The notes under the pieces are model-generated. The model made no database searches and had not been told where the DNA came from. It saw only the letters and a program-made list of their open reading frames with translations. A stretch of DNA of 64,000 nt from Eledone cirrhosa. Taxonomy: Eukaryota. The stretch covers positions 140,988,001 to 141,052,000 of the forward strand of contig OZ024743.1 in NCBI GenBank assembly GCA_964016885.1, read 5' to 3'. Both the position numbers and the translations under genes were made by a program. Every line of letters starts with the position of its first letter. Positions within the stretch are counted from its first letter, which is position 1. Below are positions 34,121 to 44,800 of the stretch, in pieces.

Positions 34121-37100
34121 TGGTGCTTGATGTTTGGTGTTTGGTGCTTGGTGTTTGGTGCTTGGTGCTTGGTGCTTGGTGCTTGGTGCTTGGTGTTAGG
34201 TATTTGGTGCTTGGTGCTTGGTGTTTGGTGCTTGGTGTTTGGAGTTTGCTGTTTGGTGTTTGGTGTTTGCTGTTTGGTGTTTGCTGTTTGGTATTTGGTG
34301 TTTGCTGTTTGGTGTTTGGTCTTTGGTGCTTGGTGTTTGGTGCTTGGTGTTTGGTGTTTGGTGCTTGGTGCTTGGTGTTTGGTGTTTGGTGCTTGGTGCC
34401 TGGTGTTTGGTGTTTGGTGTTTGGTGCTTGGTGTCTGGTGCTTGGTGTTTGGTGCTTGGTGTTTGGTGTTTGGTGCTTGGTGCTTGGTGTTTGGTGTTTG
34501 GTGCTTGGTGTTTGGTGTTTGGTGCTTGTTGCTTGGTGCTTGATGTTTGGTGCTTGGTGCTTGGTGTTTGGTGCTGGGTGCTTGGTGCTTGTTATTTGGT
34601 TTTTGGTGCTTGGTGCTTGGTGTTTGGTGTTTGGTGTTATATGCTTGGTGTTTGATGCTTGGTGCTTGGTGCTTGGTGTTTGGTGTTTGGTGTTTGGTGC
34701 TTGGTGTTTGGTGTTTGGTGCTTGGTGTTTGGTGCTTGGTGCTGAGTGGTTGGTGTTTGGTGCTTGGTGTTTGGTGCTGGGTGCTTGGTGTTTGGTGCTG
34801 GGTGCTTGGTGTTTGGTGCTTGGTGCTTGGTCTTTGGTGCTTGGTGTTTGGTGCTTGGTGCTTGGTGCTTGGTGTTTGGTGCTTGGTGCTTGGTGTTTGG
34901 TGCTTGGTGCTTGGTGTTTGCTGTTTGCTGTTTGGTGTTTCTTGTTTGGTGTTTGTTGATTGGTGTTTGCTGTTTGGTGTTTGGTGTTTGCTTTTTGGTG
35001 TTTGGTGTTTGCTGTATGTTGTTTGCTGTTTGGTGTTTGGTGTTTGGTGCCTGGTGCTTGGTGCTTGGTGCTTGGTGTTTGGTGTTTGGTGCTTGGTGCT
35101 TGGTGCTTGGTGTTTGGTGCTTGGTGCTTGGTGTTTTGTGTTTCGTGTTTGGTTTTTGGTGCTTGGTGCTTGGTGCTTGGTCCTTGGTGTTAGGTGCTGG
35201 GTGCTTTGTGTTTGGTGCTTGGTGCTTGGTGTTTGGTGTTTGCTGCTTGGTACTTGATGCTTGGTGTTTGGTGCTTGGTGCTTGGTGCTTGGTGTTTGTA
35301 CTTGGTGCTTTGTGCTTGGTGTTAGGTTCTTGGTTCTTGGTGTTTGGTGTTTGGCATTTGGTGTTTGGTGCTTGGTGCTTGGTGTTTGGTGCTTGGTGCT
35401 TGGTGTTTGGTGCCTGGTGCTTGGTGCTTGGTGCTTGGTGTTTGGAGTTTGGTGTTTGGTGCTTGGTGCTTGGTGCTTGGTCCTTGGTGTTTGGTGCTGG
35501 GTGCTTTGTGTTTGGTGATTGGTGCTTGGTGTTTGGTGTTTGCTGCTTGGTGTTTGATGCTTGGTGCTTGGTGTTTTGTGTTTGGTGCTTGGTGCTTGGT
35601 GTTTGGTGCTTGGTGCTTGGTGCTTGGTGTTTGTACTTGGTGCTTGGTGTTTGGTGTTTGGTTCTTGGTTCTTGGTGTTTGGTACTTGGTGCTTGGTGCT
35701 TGGTGCTTGGTGTTAGGTATTTGGTGCTTGGTGCTTCGTGTTTGGTGCTTGGTGTTTGGTGTTTGCTGTTTGGAGTTTGGTGTTTGGTGTTTGGTTTTGC
35801 TGTCTGGTGTCTGCTTTTTGGTGTTTAGTGTTTGCTGTATGGTGTTTGCTGTTTCGTGTTTGGTGTTTGCTGTTTGGTGTTTGGTCTTTGGTGCTTGGTG
35901 TTTGGTGCTTGGTGTTTGGTGTTTGGTGCTTGCTGCTTGGTGTTTGGTGTTTGGTGCTTGGTGCTTGGTGTTTGGTGTTTAGTGTTTGGTGCTTGGTGTC
36001 TGGTGCTTGGTGTTTGGTGTTTGGTGCTTGGTGTTTGGTGTTTGGTGATTGGTGCTTGGTGTTTGGTGTTTGCTGCTTGGTGTTTGATGCTTGGTGCTTG
36101 GTGTTTTGTGTTTGGTGCTTGGTGCTTGGTGTTTGGTGCTTGGTTCTTGGTGCTTGGTGTTTGTACTTGGTGCTTGGTGCTTGGTGTTTGGTTCTTGGTT
36201 CTTGGTGTTTGGTACTTGGTGCTTGGTGTTTGGTGTTTGGTGTTTGCTGTTTGGTGTCTGCTTTTTGGTGTTTAGTGTTTGCTGTATGGTGTTTGGTGTT
36301 TGCTGTTTCGTGTTTGGTCTTTGGTGCTTGGTGTTTGGTGCTCGGTGCTTGGTGTTTGGTATTCGGTGCTTGGTGCTTGGTGTTTGGTGCTTGGTGTTTG
36401 GTGTTTGGTGTTTGGTGCTTGGTGTCTGGTGCTTGGTGTTTGGTGCTTGGTGTTTGGTGTTTGGTGCTTGGTGTTTGGTGTTTGGTGTTTGGTGCTTGGT
36501 GCTTGGTGTTTGGTGTCTGGTGTTTGGTGCTTGGTGTCTGGTGCTTGGTGTTTGGTGTTTGGTGCTTGGTGTTTGGTGTTTGGTGTTTGGTGCTTGGTGC
36601 TTGGTGCTTGGTGTTTGGTGTTTGGTGTTTGGTGTTTGGTGCTTGGTGCTTGGTGTTTGGTGCTTGGTGCTGAGTGGTTGGTGTTTGGTGCTTGGTGTTT
36701 GGTGCTGGGTGCTTGGTTTTTGGTCCTGGGTGCTTGGTGTTTGGTGCTTGGTGCTTGGTGCTTGGTGTTTGGTGCTTGGTGCTTGGTGTTTGGTGCTTGG
36801 TGCTTAGTGTTTGGTGCTAGGTGCTTGGTGTTTGGTGCTTGGTGTTTGGTGCTTGGTGCTTGGTGTTTGGTGTTTGGTGTTTGGTGCTTGGTGTTTGGTG
36901 CTTGGTGCTTGGTGTTTGGTGTTTGGTGCTTGGTGCTTGGTGCTTGGTGTTTGGTGTTTGGTGTTTGGTGCTTGGTGCTTGGTGTTTGGTGCTTGGTGCT
37001 GAGTGGTTGGTGTTTGGTGCTTGGTGTTTGGTGCTGGGTGCTTGGTTTTTGGTCCTGGGTGCTTGGTGTTTGGTGCTTGGTGCTTGGTGCTTGGTGTTTG

Positions 37101-38854
37101 GTGCTTGGTGCTTGGTGTTTGGTGCTTGGTGCTTAGTGTTTGGTGCTAGGTGCTTGGTGTTTGGAGCTTGGTGTTTGGTGCTTGGTGCTTGGTGTTTGCT
37201 GTTTGCTGTTTGGTGTTTGTTGTTTGGTGTTTGTTGTTTGGTGTTTGCTGTTTGGTGTTTGGTGTTTGCCATTTGGTGTTTGGTGTTTGCTGTATGTTGT
37301 TTGGTGTTTGGTGTTTGGTGTTTGGTGTTTGGTGTTTGGTGTTTGGTGTTTGGTGCTTGGTGTTTGGTGCTTGGTGCTTGGTGTTTGGTGCCTGGTGCTT
37401 GGTGCTTGATGCTTGGTGTTTGGTTTTTGGTGCTTGGTGCTTGGTGCTTGGTCCTTGGTGTTTGGTGCTGGGTGCTTTGTGTTTGGTGCTTGGTGCTTGG
37501 TGCTTGGTGTTTGGTGTTTGCTGCTTGCTGTTTGATGCTTGGTGCTTGGTGCTTGGTGTTTTGTGTTTGGTGCTTGGTGCTTGGTGTTTGGTGCTTGGTG
37601 CTTGGTGCTTGGTGTTTGTACTTGGTGCTTGGTGCTTGGTGTTTGTCTCTTGGTTCTTGGTGTTTGGTGTTTTGCGTTTGGTGTTTGGTGCCTGGTGTTT
37701 GGTGCTTGGTGCTTGGTGTTTGGTGCCTGGTGCTTGTTGCTTGGTGCTTGGTGTTTGGTGTTTGGTGCTTGGTGCTTGGAGTTTGGTGTTTGGTGCTTGG
37801 TGCTTGGTGCTTGGTCCTTGGTGTTTGGTGCAGGGTGCTTTGTGTTTGGTGATTGGTGCTTGGTGTTTGGTGTTTGCTGCTTGGTGCTTGGTGCTTGGTG
37901 TTTCTACTTGATGCTTGGTGCTTGGTGTTTGGTTCTTGGTTCTTGGTGTTTGGTACTTGGTGCTTGGTGCTTGGTGCTTGATGTTTGGTGTTTGGTGCTT
38001 GGTGTTTGGTGCTTGGTGGTTGGTGCTTGGTGCTTGGTGCTTGGTGTTAGGTATTTGGTGCTTGGTGCTTGGTGTTTGGTGCTTGGTGTTTGGTGTTTGC
38101 TGTTTGGTGTTTGGTGTTTGCTGTTTGGTGTTTGCTGTTTGGTGTTTGGTGTTTGCTGTTTGGTGTTTGGTCTTTGGTGCTTGGTGTTTGGTGCTTGGTG
38201 TTTGGTGTTTGGTGCTTGGTGCTTGGTGCTTGGTGTTTGGTGCTTGGTGCTTGGTGTTTTGTGTTTCGTGTTTGGTTTTTGGTGCTTGGTGCTTGGTGCT
38301 TGGTCCTTGGTGTTAGGTGCTGGGTGCTTTGTGTTTGGTGCTTGGTGCTTGGTGTTTGGTGTTTGCTGCTTGGTGCTTGATGCTTGGTGTTTGGTGCTTG
38401 GTGCTTGGTGCTTGGTGTTTGTACTTGGTGCTTAGTGCTTGGTGTTTGGTTCTTGGTTCTTGGTGTTTGGTGCTTGGCATTTGGTGTTTGGTGCTTGGTG
38501 CTTGGTGTTTGGTGCTTGGTGCTTGGTGTTTGGTGCCTGGTGCTTGGTGCTTGGTGCTTGGTGTTTGGAGTTTGGTGTTTGGTGCTTGGTGCTTGGTGCT
38601 TGGTCCTTGGTGTTTGGTGCTGGGTGCTTTCTGTTTGGTGATTGGTGCTTGGTGTTTGGTGTTTGCTGCTTGGTGTTTGATGCTTGGTGCTTGGTGTTTT
38701 GTGTTTGGTGCTTGGTGCTTGGTGTTTGGTGCTTGGTGCTTGGTGCTTGGTGTTTGTACTTGGTGCTTGGTGTTTGGTGTTTGGTTCTTGGTTCTTGGTG
38801 TTTGGTACTTGGTGCTTGGTGCTTGGTGCTTGGTGTTAGGTATTTGGTGCTTGG

Positions 38855-41800
38855 TGCTTCGTGTTTGGTGCTTGGTGTTTGGTGTTTGCTGTTTGGAGTT
38901 TGGTGTTTGGTGTTTGGTTTTGCTGTCTGGTGTCTGCTTTTTGGTGTTTAGTGTTTGCTGTATGGTGTTTGCTGTTTCGTGTTTGGTGTTTGCTGTTTGG
39001 TGTTTGGTCTTTGGGTCTTGGTGTTTGGTGCTTGGTGTTTGGTGTTTGGTGCTTGCTGCTTGGTGTTTGGTGTTTGGTGCTTGGTGCTTGGTGTTTGGTG
39101 TTTAGTGTTTGGTGCTTGGTGTCTGGTGCTTGGTGTTTGGTGTTTGGTGCTTGGTGTTTGGTGTTTGGTGATTGGTGCTTGGTGTTTGGTGTTTGCTGCT
39201 TGGTGTTTGATGCTTGGTGCTTGGTGTTTTGTGTTTGGTGCTTGGAGCTTGGTGTTTGGTGCTTGATGTTTGGTGTTTGGTGCTTGGTGTTTGGTGCTTG
39301 GTGCTTGGTGCTTGGTGCTTGGTGCTTGGTGCTTGGTGTTAGGTATTTGGTGCTTGGTGCTTGGTGTTTGGTGCTTGGTGTTTGGTGTTTGCTGTTTGGT
39401 GTTTGGTGTTTGCTGTTTGGTGTTTGCTGTTTGGTGTTTGGTGTTTGCTGTTTGGTGTTTGGTCTTTGGTGCTTGGTGTTTGGTGCTTGGTGTTTGGTGT
39501 TTGGTGCTTGGTGCTTGGTGTTTGGTGTTTGGTGCTTGGTGCCTGGTGTTTGGTGTTTGGTGTTTGGTGCTTGGTGTCTGGTGCTTGGTGTTTGGTGCTT
39601 GGTGTTTGGTGTTTGATGCTTGGCGCTTGGTGTTTGGTGTTTGGTGCTTGGTGTTTGGTGTTTGGTGCTTGTTGCTTGGTGCTTGATGTTTGGTGCTTGG
39701 TGCTTGGTGTTTGGTGCTGGGTGCTTGGTGCTTGTTATTTGGTTTTTGGTGCTTGGTGCTTGGTGTTTGGTGTTTGGTGTTATATGCTTGGTGTTTGATG
39801 CTTGGTGCTTGGTGCTTGGTGTTTGGTGTTTGGTGTTTGGTGCTTGGTGCTTGGTGTTTGGTGCTTGGTGCTGAGTGGTTGGTGTTTGGTGCTTGGTGTT
39901 TGGTGCTGGGTGCTTGGTGTTTGGTGCTGGGTGCTTGGTGTTTGGTGCTTGGTGCTTGGTCTTTGGTGCTTGGTGTTTGGTGCTTGGTGCTTGGTGCTTG
40001 GTGTTTGGTGCTTGGTGCTTGGTGTTTGGTGCTTGGTGCTTGGTGTTTGCTGTTTGCTGTTTGGTGTTTGTTGTTTGGTGTTTGTTGTTTGGTGTTTGCT
40101 GTTTGGTGTTTGGTGTTTGCTTTTTGGTGTTTGGTGTTTGCTGTATGTTGTTTGCTGTTTGGTGTTTGGTGTTTGGTGCCTGGTGCTTGGTGCTTGGTGC
40201 TTGGTGTTTGGTGTTTGGTGCTTGGTGCTTGGTGCTTGGTGTTTGGTGCTTGGTGCTTGGTGTTTTGTGTTTCGTGTTTGGTTTTTGGTGCTTGGTGCTT
40301 GGTGCTTGGTCCTTGGTGTTAGGTGCTGGGTGCTTTGTGTTTGGTGTTTGCTGTTTGGTGTTTGGTGTTTGGTGTTTGGTGTTTGCTGTTTGGTGTCTGC
40401 TTTTTGGTGTTTAGTGTTTGCTGTATGGTGTTTGGTGTTTGCTGTTTGGTGTTTGGTCTTTGGTGCTTGGTGTTTGGTGCTCGGTGCTTGGTGTTTTGTG
40501 TTTGGTGCTTGGTGCTTGGTGTTTGGTTCTTGGTTCTTGGTGTTTGGTACTTGGTGCTTGGTGTTTGGTGTTTGGTGTTTGCTGTTTGGTGTTTGGTCTT
40601 TGGTGCTTGGTGTTTGGTGCTCGGTGCTTGGTATTTGGTATACGGTGCTTGCTGCTTGGTGTTTGGTGCTTGGTGTTTGGTGTTTGGTGTTTGGTGCTTG
40701 GTGTCTGGTGCTTGGTGTTTGGTGCTTGGTGTTTGGTGTTTGGTGCTTGGTGTTTGGCGTTTGGTGTTTGGTGCTTGGTGCTTGGTGTTTGGTGTTTGGT
40801 GTTTGGTGCTTGGTGTCTGGTGCTTGGTGTTTGGTGTTTGGTGCTTGGTGTTTGGTGTTTGGTGTTTGTTGCTTGGTGCTTGGTGCTTGGTGTTTGGTGT
40901 TTGGTGTTTGGTGCTTGGTGCTTGGTGTTTGGTGCTTGGTGCTGAGTGGTTGGTGTTTGGTGCTTGGTGTTTGGTGCTGGGTGCTTGGTTTTTGGTCCTG
41001 GGTGCTTGCTGTTTGGTGCTTGGTGCTTGGTGCTTGGTGTTTGGTGTTTGGTGCTTGGTGTTTGGTGCTTGGTGCTTAGTGTTTGGTGCTAGGTGCTTGG
41101 TGTTTGGTGCTTGGTGTTTGGTGCTTGGTGCTTGGTGTTTGGTGTTTGGTGCTTGGTGCATGGTGCTTGGTGTTTGGTGTTTGGTGTTTGGTGCTTGGTG
41201 CTTGGTGTTTGGTGCTTGGTGCTGAGTGGTTGGTGTTTGGTGCTTGGTGTTTGGTGCTGGGTGCTTGGTTTTTGGTCCTGGGTGCTTGGTGTTTGGTGCT
41301 TGGTGCTTGGTGCTTGGTGTTTGGTGCTTGGTGCTTGGTGTTTGGTGCTTGGTGCTTAGTGTTTGGTGCTAGGTGCTTGGTGTTTGGTGCTTGGTGTTTG
41401 GTGCTTGGTGCTTGGTGTTTAGTGTTTGGTGTTTGGTGCTTGGTGCTTGGTGTTTGCTGTTTGCTGTTTGGTGTTTGTTGTTTGGTGTTTGTTGTTTGGT
41501 GTTTGCTGTTTGGTGTTTGGTGTTTGCTATTTGGTGTTTGGTGTTTGCTGTATGTTGTTTGCTGTTTGGTGTTTGGTGTTTGGTGTTTGGTGTTTGGTGT
41601 TTGGTGTTTGGTGCTTGGTGTTTGGTGGTTGGTGCTTGGTGTTTGGTGCCTGGTGCTTGGTGCTTGATGCTTGGTGTTTGGTTTTTGGTGCTTGGTGCTT
41701 GGTGCTTGGTCCTTGGTGTTTGGTGCTGGGTGCTTTGTGTTTGGTGCTTGGTGCTTGGTGCTTGGTGTTTGGTGTTTGCTGCTTGGTGTTTGATGCTTGG

Positions 41801-44800
41801 TGCTTGGTGCTTGGTGTTTTGTGTTTGGTGCTTGGTGCTTGGTGTTTGGTGCTTGGTGCTTGGTGCTTGGTGTTTGTACTTGGTGCTTGGTGCTTGGTGC
41901 TTGGTGTTTGGTTCTTGGTTCTTGGTGTTTGGTGTTTTGCGTTTGGTGTTTGGTGCTTGGTGCTTGGTGTTTGGTGCCTGGTGCTTGGTGCTTGGTGCTT
42001 GGTGTTTGGTGTTTGGTGCTTGGTGCTTGGAGTTTGGTGTTTGGTGCTTGGTGCTTGGTCCTTGGTGTTTGGTGCAGGGTGCTTTGTGTTTGGTGATTGG
42101 TGCTTGGTGTTTGGTGTTTGCTGCTTGGTGCTTGGTGCCTGGTGTTTCTACTTGGTGCTTGGTGCTTGGTGTTTGGTTCTTGGTTCTTGGTGTTTGGTAC
42201 TTGGTGCTTGGTGCTTGGTGCTTGATGTTTGGTGTTTGGTGCTTGGTGTTTGGTGCTTGGTGGTTGGTGCTTGGTGCTTGGTGCTTGGTGTTAGGTATTT
42301 GGTGCTTGGTGCTTGGTGTTTGGTGCTTGGTGTTTGGTGTTTGCTGTTTGGTGTTTGGTGTTTGCTGTTTGGTGTTTGCTGTTTGGTGTTTGGTGTTTGC
42401 TGTTTGGTGTTTGGTCTTTGGTGCTTGGTGTTTGGTGCTTGGTGTTTGGTGTTTGGTGCTTGGTGCTTGGTGCTTGGTGTTTGGTGCTTGGTGCTTGGTG
42501 TTTTGTGTTTCGTGTTTGGTTTTTGGTGCTTGGTGCTTGGTGCTTGGTCCTTGGTGTTAGGTGCTGGGTGCTTTGTGTTTGGTGCTTGGTGCTTGGTGTT
42601 TGGTGTTTGCTGCTTGGTGCTTGATGCTTGGTGTTTGGTGCTTGGTGCTTGGTGCTTCGTGTTTGTACTTGGTGCTTAGTGCTTGGTGTTTGGTTCTTGG
42701 TTCTTGGTGTTTGGTGCTTGGCATTTGGTGTTTGGTGCTTGGTGCTTGGTGTTTGGTGCTTGGTGCTTGGTGTTTGGTGCCTGGTGCTTGGTGCTTGGTG
42801 CTTGGTGTTTGGAGTTTGGTGTTTGGTGCTTGGTGCTTGGTGCTTGGTCCTTGGTGTTTTGTGTTTGGTGTTTGCTGCTTGGTGCTTGGTGTTTGGTGCT
42901 TGGTGCTTGGTGCTTGGTGCTTGGTGCTTGGTGCTTGGTGTTAGGTATTTGGTGCTTGGTGCTTCGTGTTTGGTGCTTGGTGTTTGGTGTTTGCTGTTTG
43001 GAGTTTGGTGTTTGGTGTTTGGTTTTGCTGTCTGGTGTCTGCTTTTTGGTGTTTAGTGTTTGCTGTATGGTGTTTGCTGTTTCGTGTTTGGTGTTTGCTG
43101 TTTGGTGTTTGGTCTTTGGTGCTTGGTGTTTGGTGCTTGGTGTTTGGTGTTTGGTGCTTGCTGCTTGGTGTTTGGTGTTTGCTGCTTGGTGCTTGGTGTT
43201 TGGTGTTTAGTGTTTGGTGCTTGGTGTCTGGTGCTTGGTGTTTGGTGTTTGGTGCTTGGTGTTTGGTGTTTGGTGATTGGTGCTTGGTGTTTGGTGTTTG
43301 CTGCTTGGTGTTTGATGCTTGGTGCTTGGTGTTTTGTGTTTGGTGCTTGGTGCTTGGTGTTTGGTGCTTGGTGCTTGGTGCTTGGTGTTTGTACTTGGTG
43401 CTTGGTGCTTGGTGTTTGGTTCTTGGTTCTTGGTGTTTGGTACTTGGTGCTTGGTGTTTGGTGTTTGCTGTTTGGTGTTTGGTGTTTGGTGTTTGGTGTT
43501 TGCTGTTTGGTGTCTGCTTTTTGGTGTTTAGTGTTTGCTGTATGGTGTTTGGTGTTTGCTGTTTCGTGTTTGGTTTTGGTGCTTGGTGTTTGGTGCTCGG
43601 TGCTTGGTGTTTGGTATTCGGTGCTTGGTGCTTGGTGTTTGGTGCTTGGTGTTTGGTGTTTGGTGTTTGGTGCTTGGTGTCTGGTGCTTGGTGTTTGGTG
43701 CTTGGTGTTTGGTGTTTGGTGCTTGGTGTTTGGTGTTTGGTGTTTGGTGCTTGGTGCTTGGTGTTTGGTGTCTGGTGTTTGGTGCTTGGTGTCTGGTGCT
43801 TGGTGTTTGGTGTTTGGTGCTTGGTGTTTGGTGTTTGGTGTTTGGTGCTTGGTGCTTGGTGCTTGGTGTTTGGTGTTTGGTGTTTGGTGCTTGGTGCTTG
43901 GTGTTTGGTGCTTGGTGCTTGGTGTTTGGTGCTTGGTGCTTAGTGTTTGGTGCTAGGTGCTTGGTGTTTGGTGCTTGGTGTTTGGTGCTTGGTGCTTGGT
44001 GTTTGGTGTTTGGTGTTTGGTGCTTGGTGCTTGGTGTTTGCTGTTTGGTGTTTGGTGTTTGTTGTTTGGTGTTTGTTGTTTGGTGTTTGCTGTTTGGTGT
44101 TTGGTGTTTGCTATTTGGTGTTTGGTGTTTGCTGTATGTTGTTTGCTGTCTGGTGTTTGGTGTTTGGTGTTTGGTGTTTGGTGTTTGGTGTTTGGTGCTT
44201 GGTGTTTGGTGCTTGGTGCTTGGTGTTTGGTGCCTGGTGCTTGGTGCTTGATACTTGGTGTTTGGTTTTTGGTGCTTGGTGCTTGGTGCTTGGTCCTTGG
44301 TGTTTGGTGCTTGGTGCTTGGTGTTTGGTGCTTGGTGCTTGGTGCTTGGTGTTTGTACTTGGTGCTTGGTGCTTGGTGTTTGGTTCTTGGTTCTTGGTGT
44401 TTGGTGTTTTGCGTTTGGTGTTTGGTGCTTGGTGTTTGGTGCTTGGTGCTTGGTGTTTGGTGCCTGGTGCTTGGTGCTTGGTGCTAGGTGTTTGGTGTTT
44501 GGTGCTTGGTGCTTGGAGTTTGGTGTTTGGTGCTTGGTGCTTGGTGCTTGGTCCTTGGTGTTTGGTGCTGGGTGCTTTGTGTTTGGTGATTGGTGCTTGG
44601 TGTTTGGTGTTTGCTGCTTGGTGTTTGATGCTTGGTGTTTTGTATTTGGTGCTTGGTGCTTGGTGTTTGGTGCTTGGTGCTTGGTGCTTGGTGCTTGGTG
44701 TTTCTACTTGGTGCTTGGTGCTTGGTGTTTGGTTCTTGGTTCTTGGTGTTTGGTACTTGGTGCTTGGTGCTCGGTGCTTGATGTTTGGTGTTTGGTGCTT

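Larger units (their letters stand above)
21260..38855 (+). repeat. Large tandem duplication: copy A ~21260-29520 (8261 bp), copy B ~29521-38855 (~9.3 kb, expanded internally)
   Basis: ORF pairs are offset by 8261 (21682/29943, 22185/30446, 22860/31121, 24050/32311), then by 9358-9379 (24860/34218, 25882/35261, 27453/36811) and 9323 (28746/38069, 29061/38384). Rare markers GGTTGTTGG and GGAACTT are shared (~21332-21360 and ~29593-29620). Confidence 0.88.
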
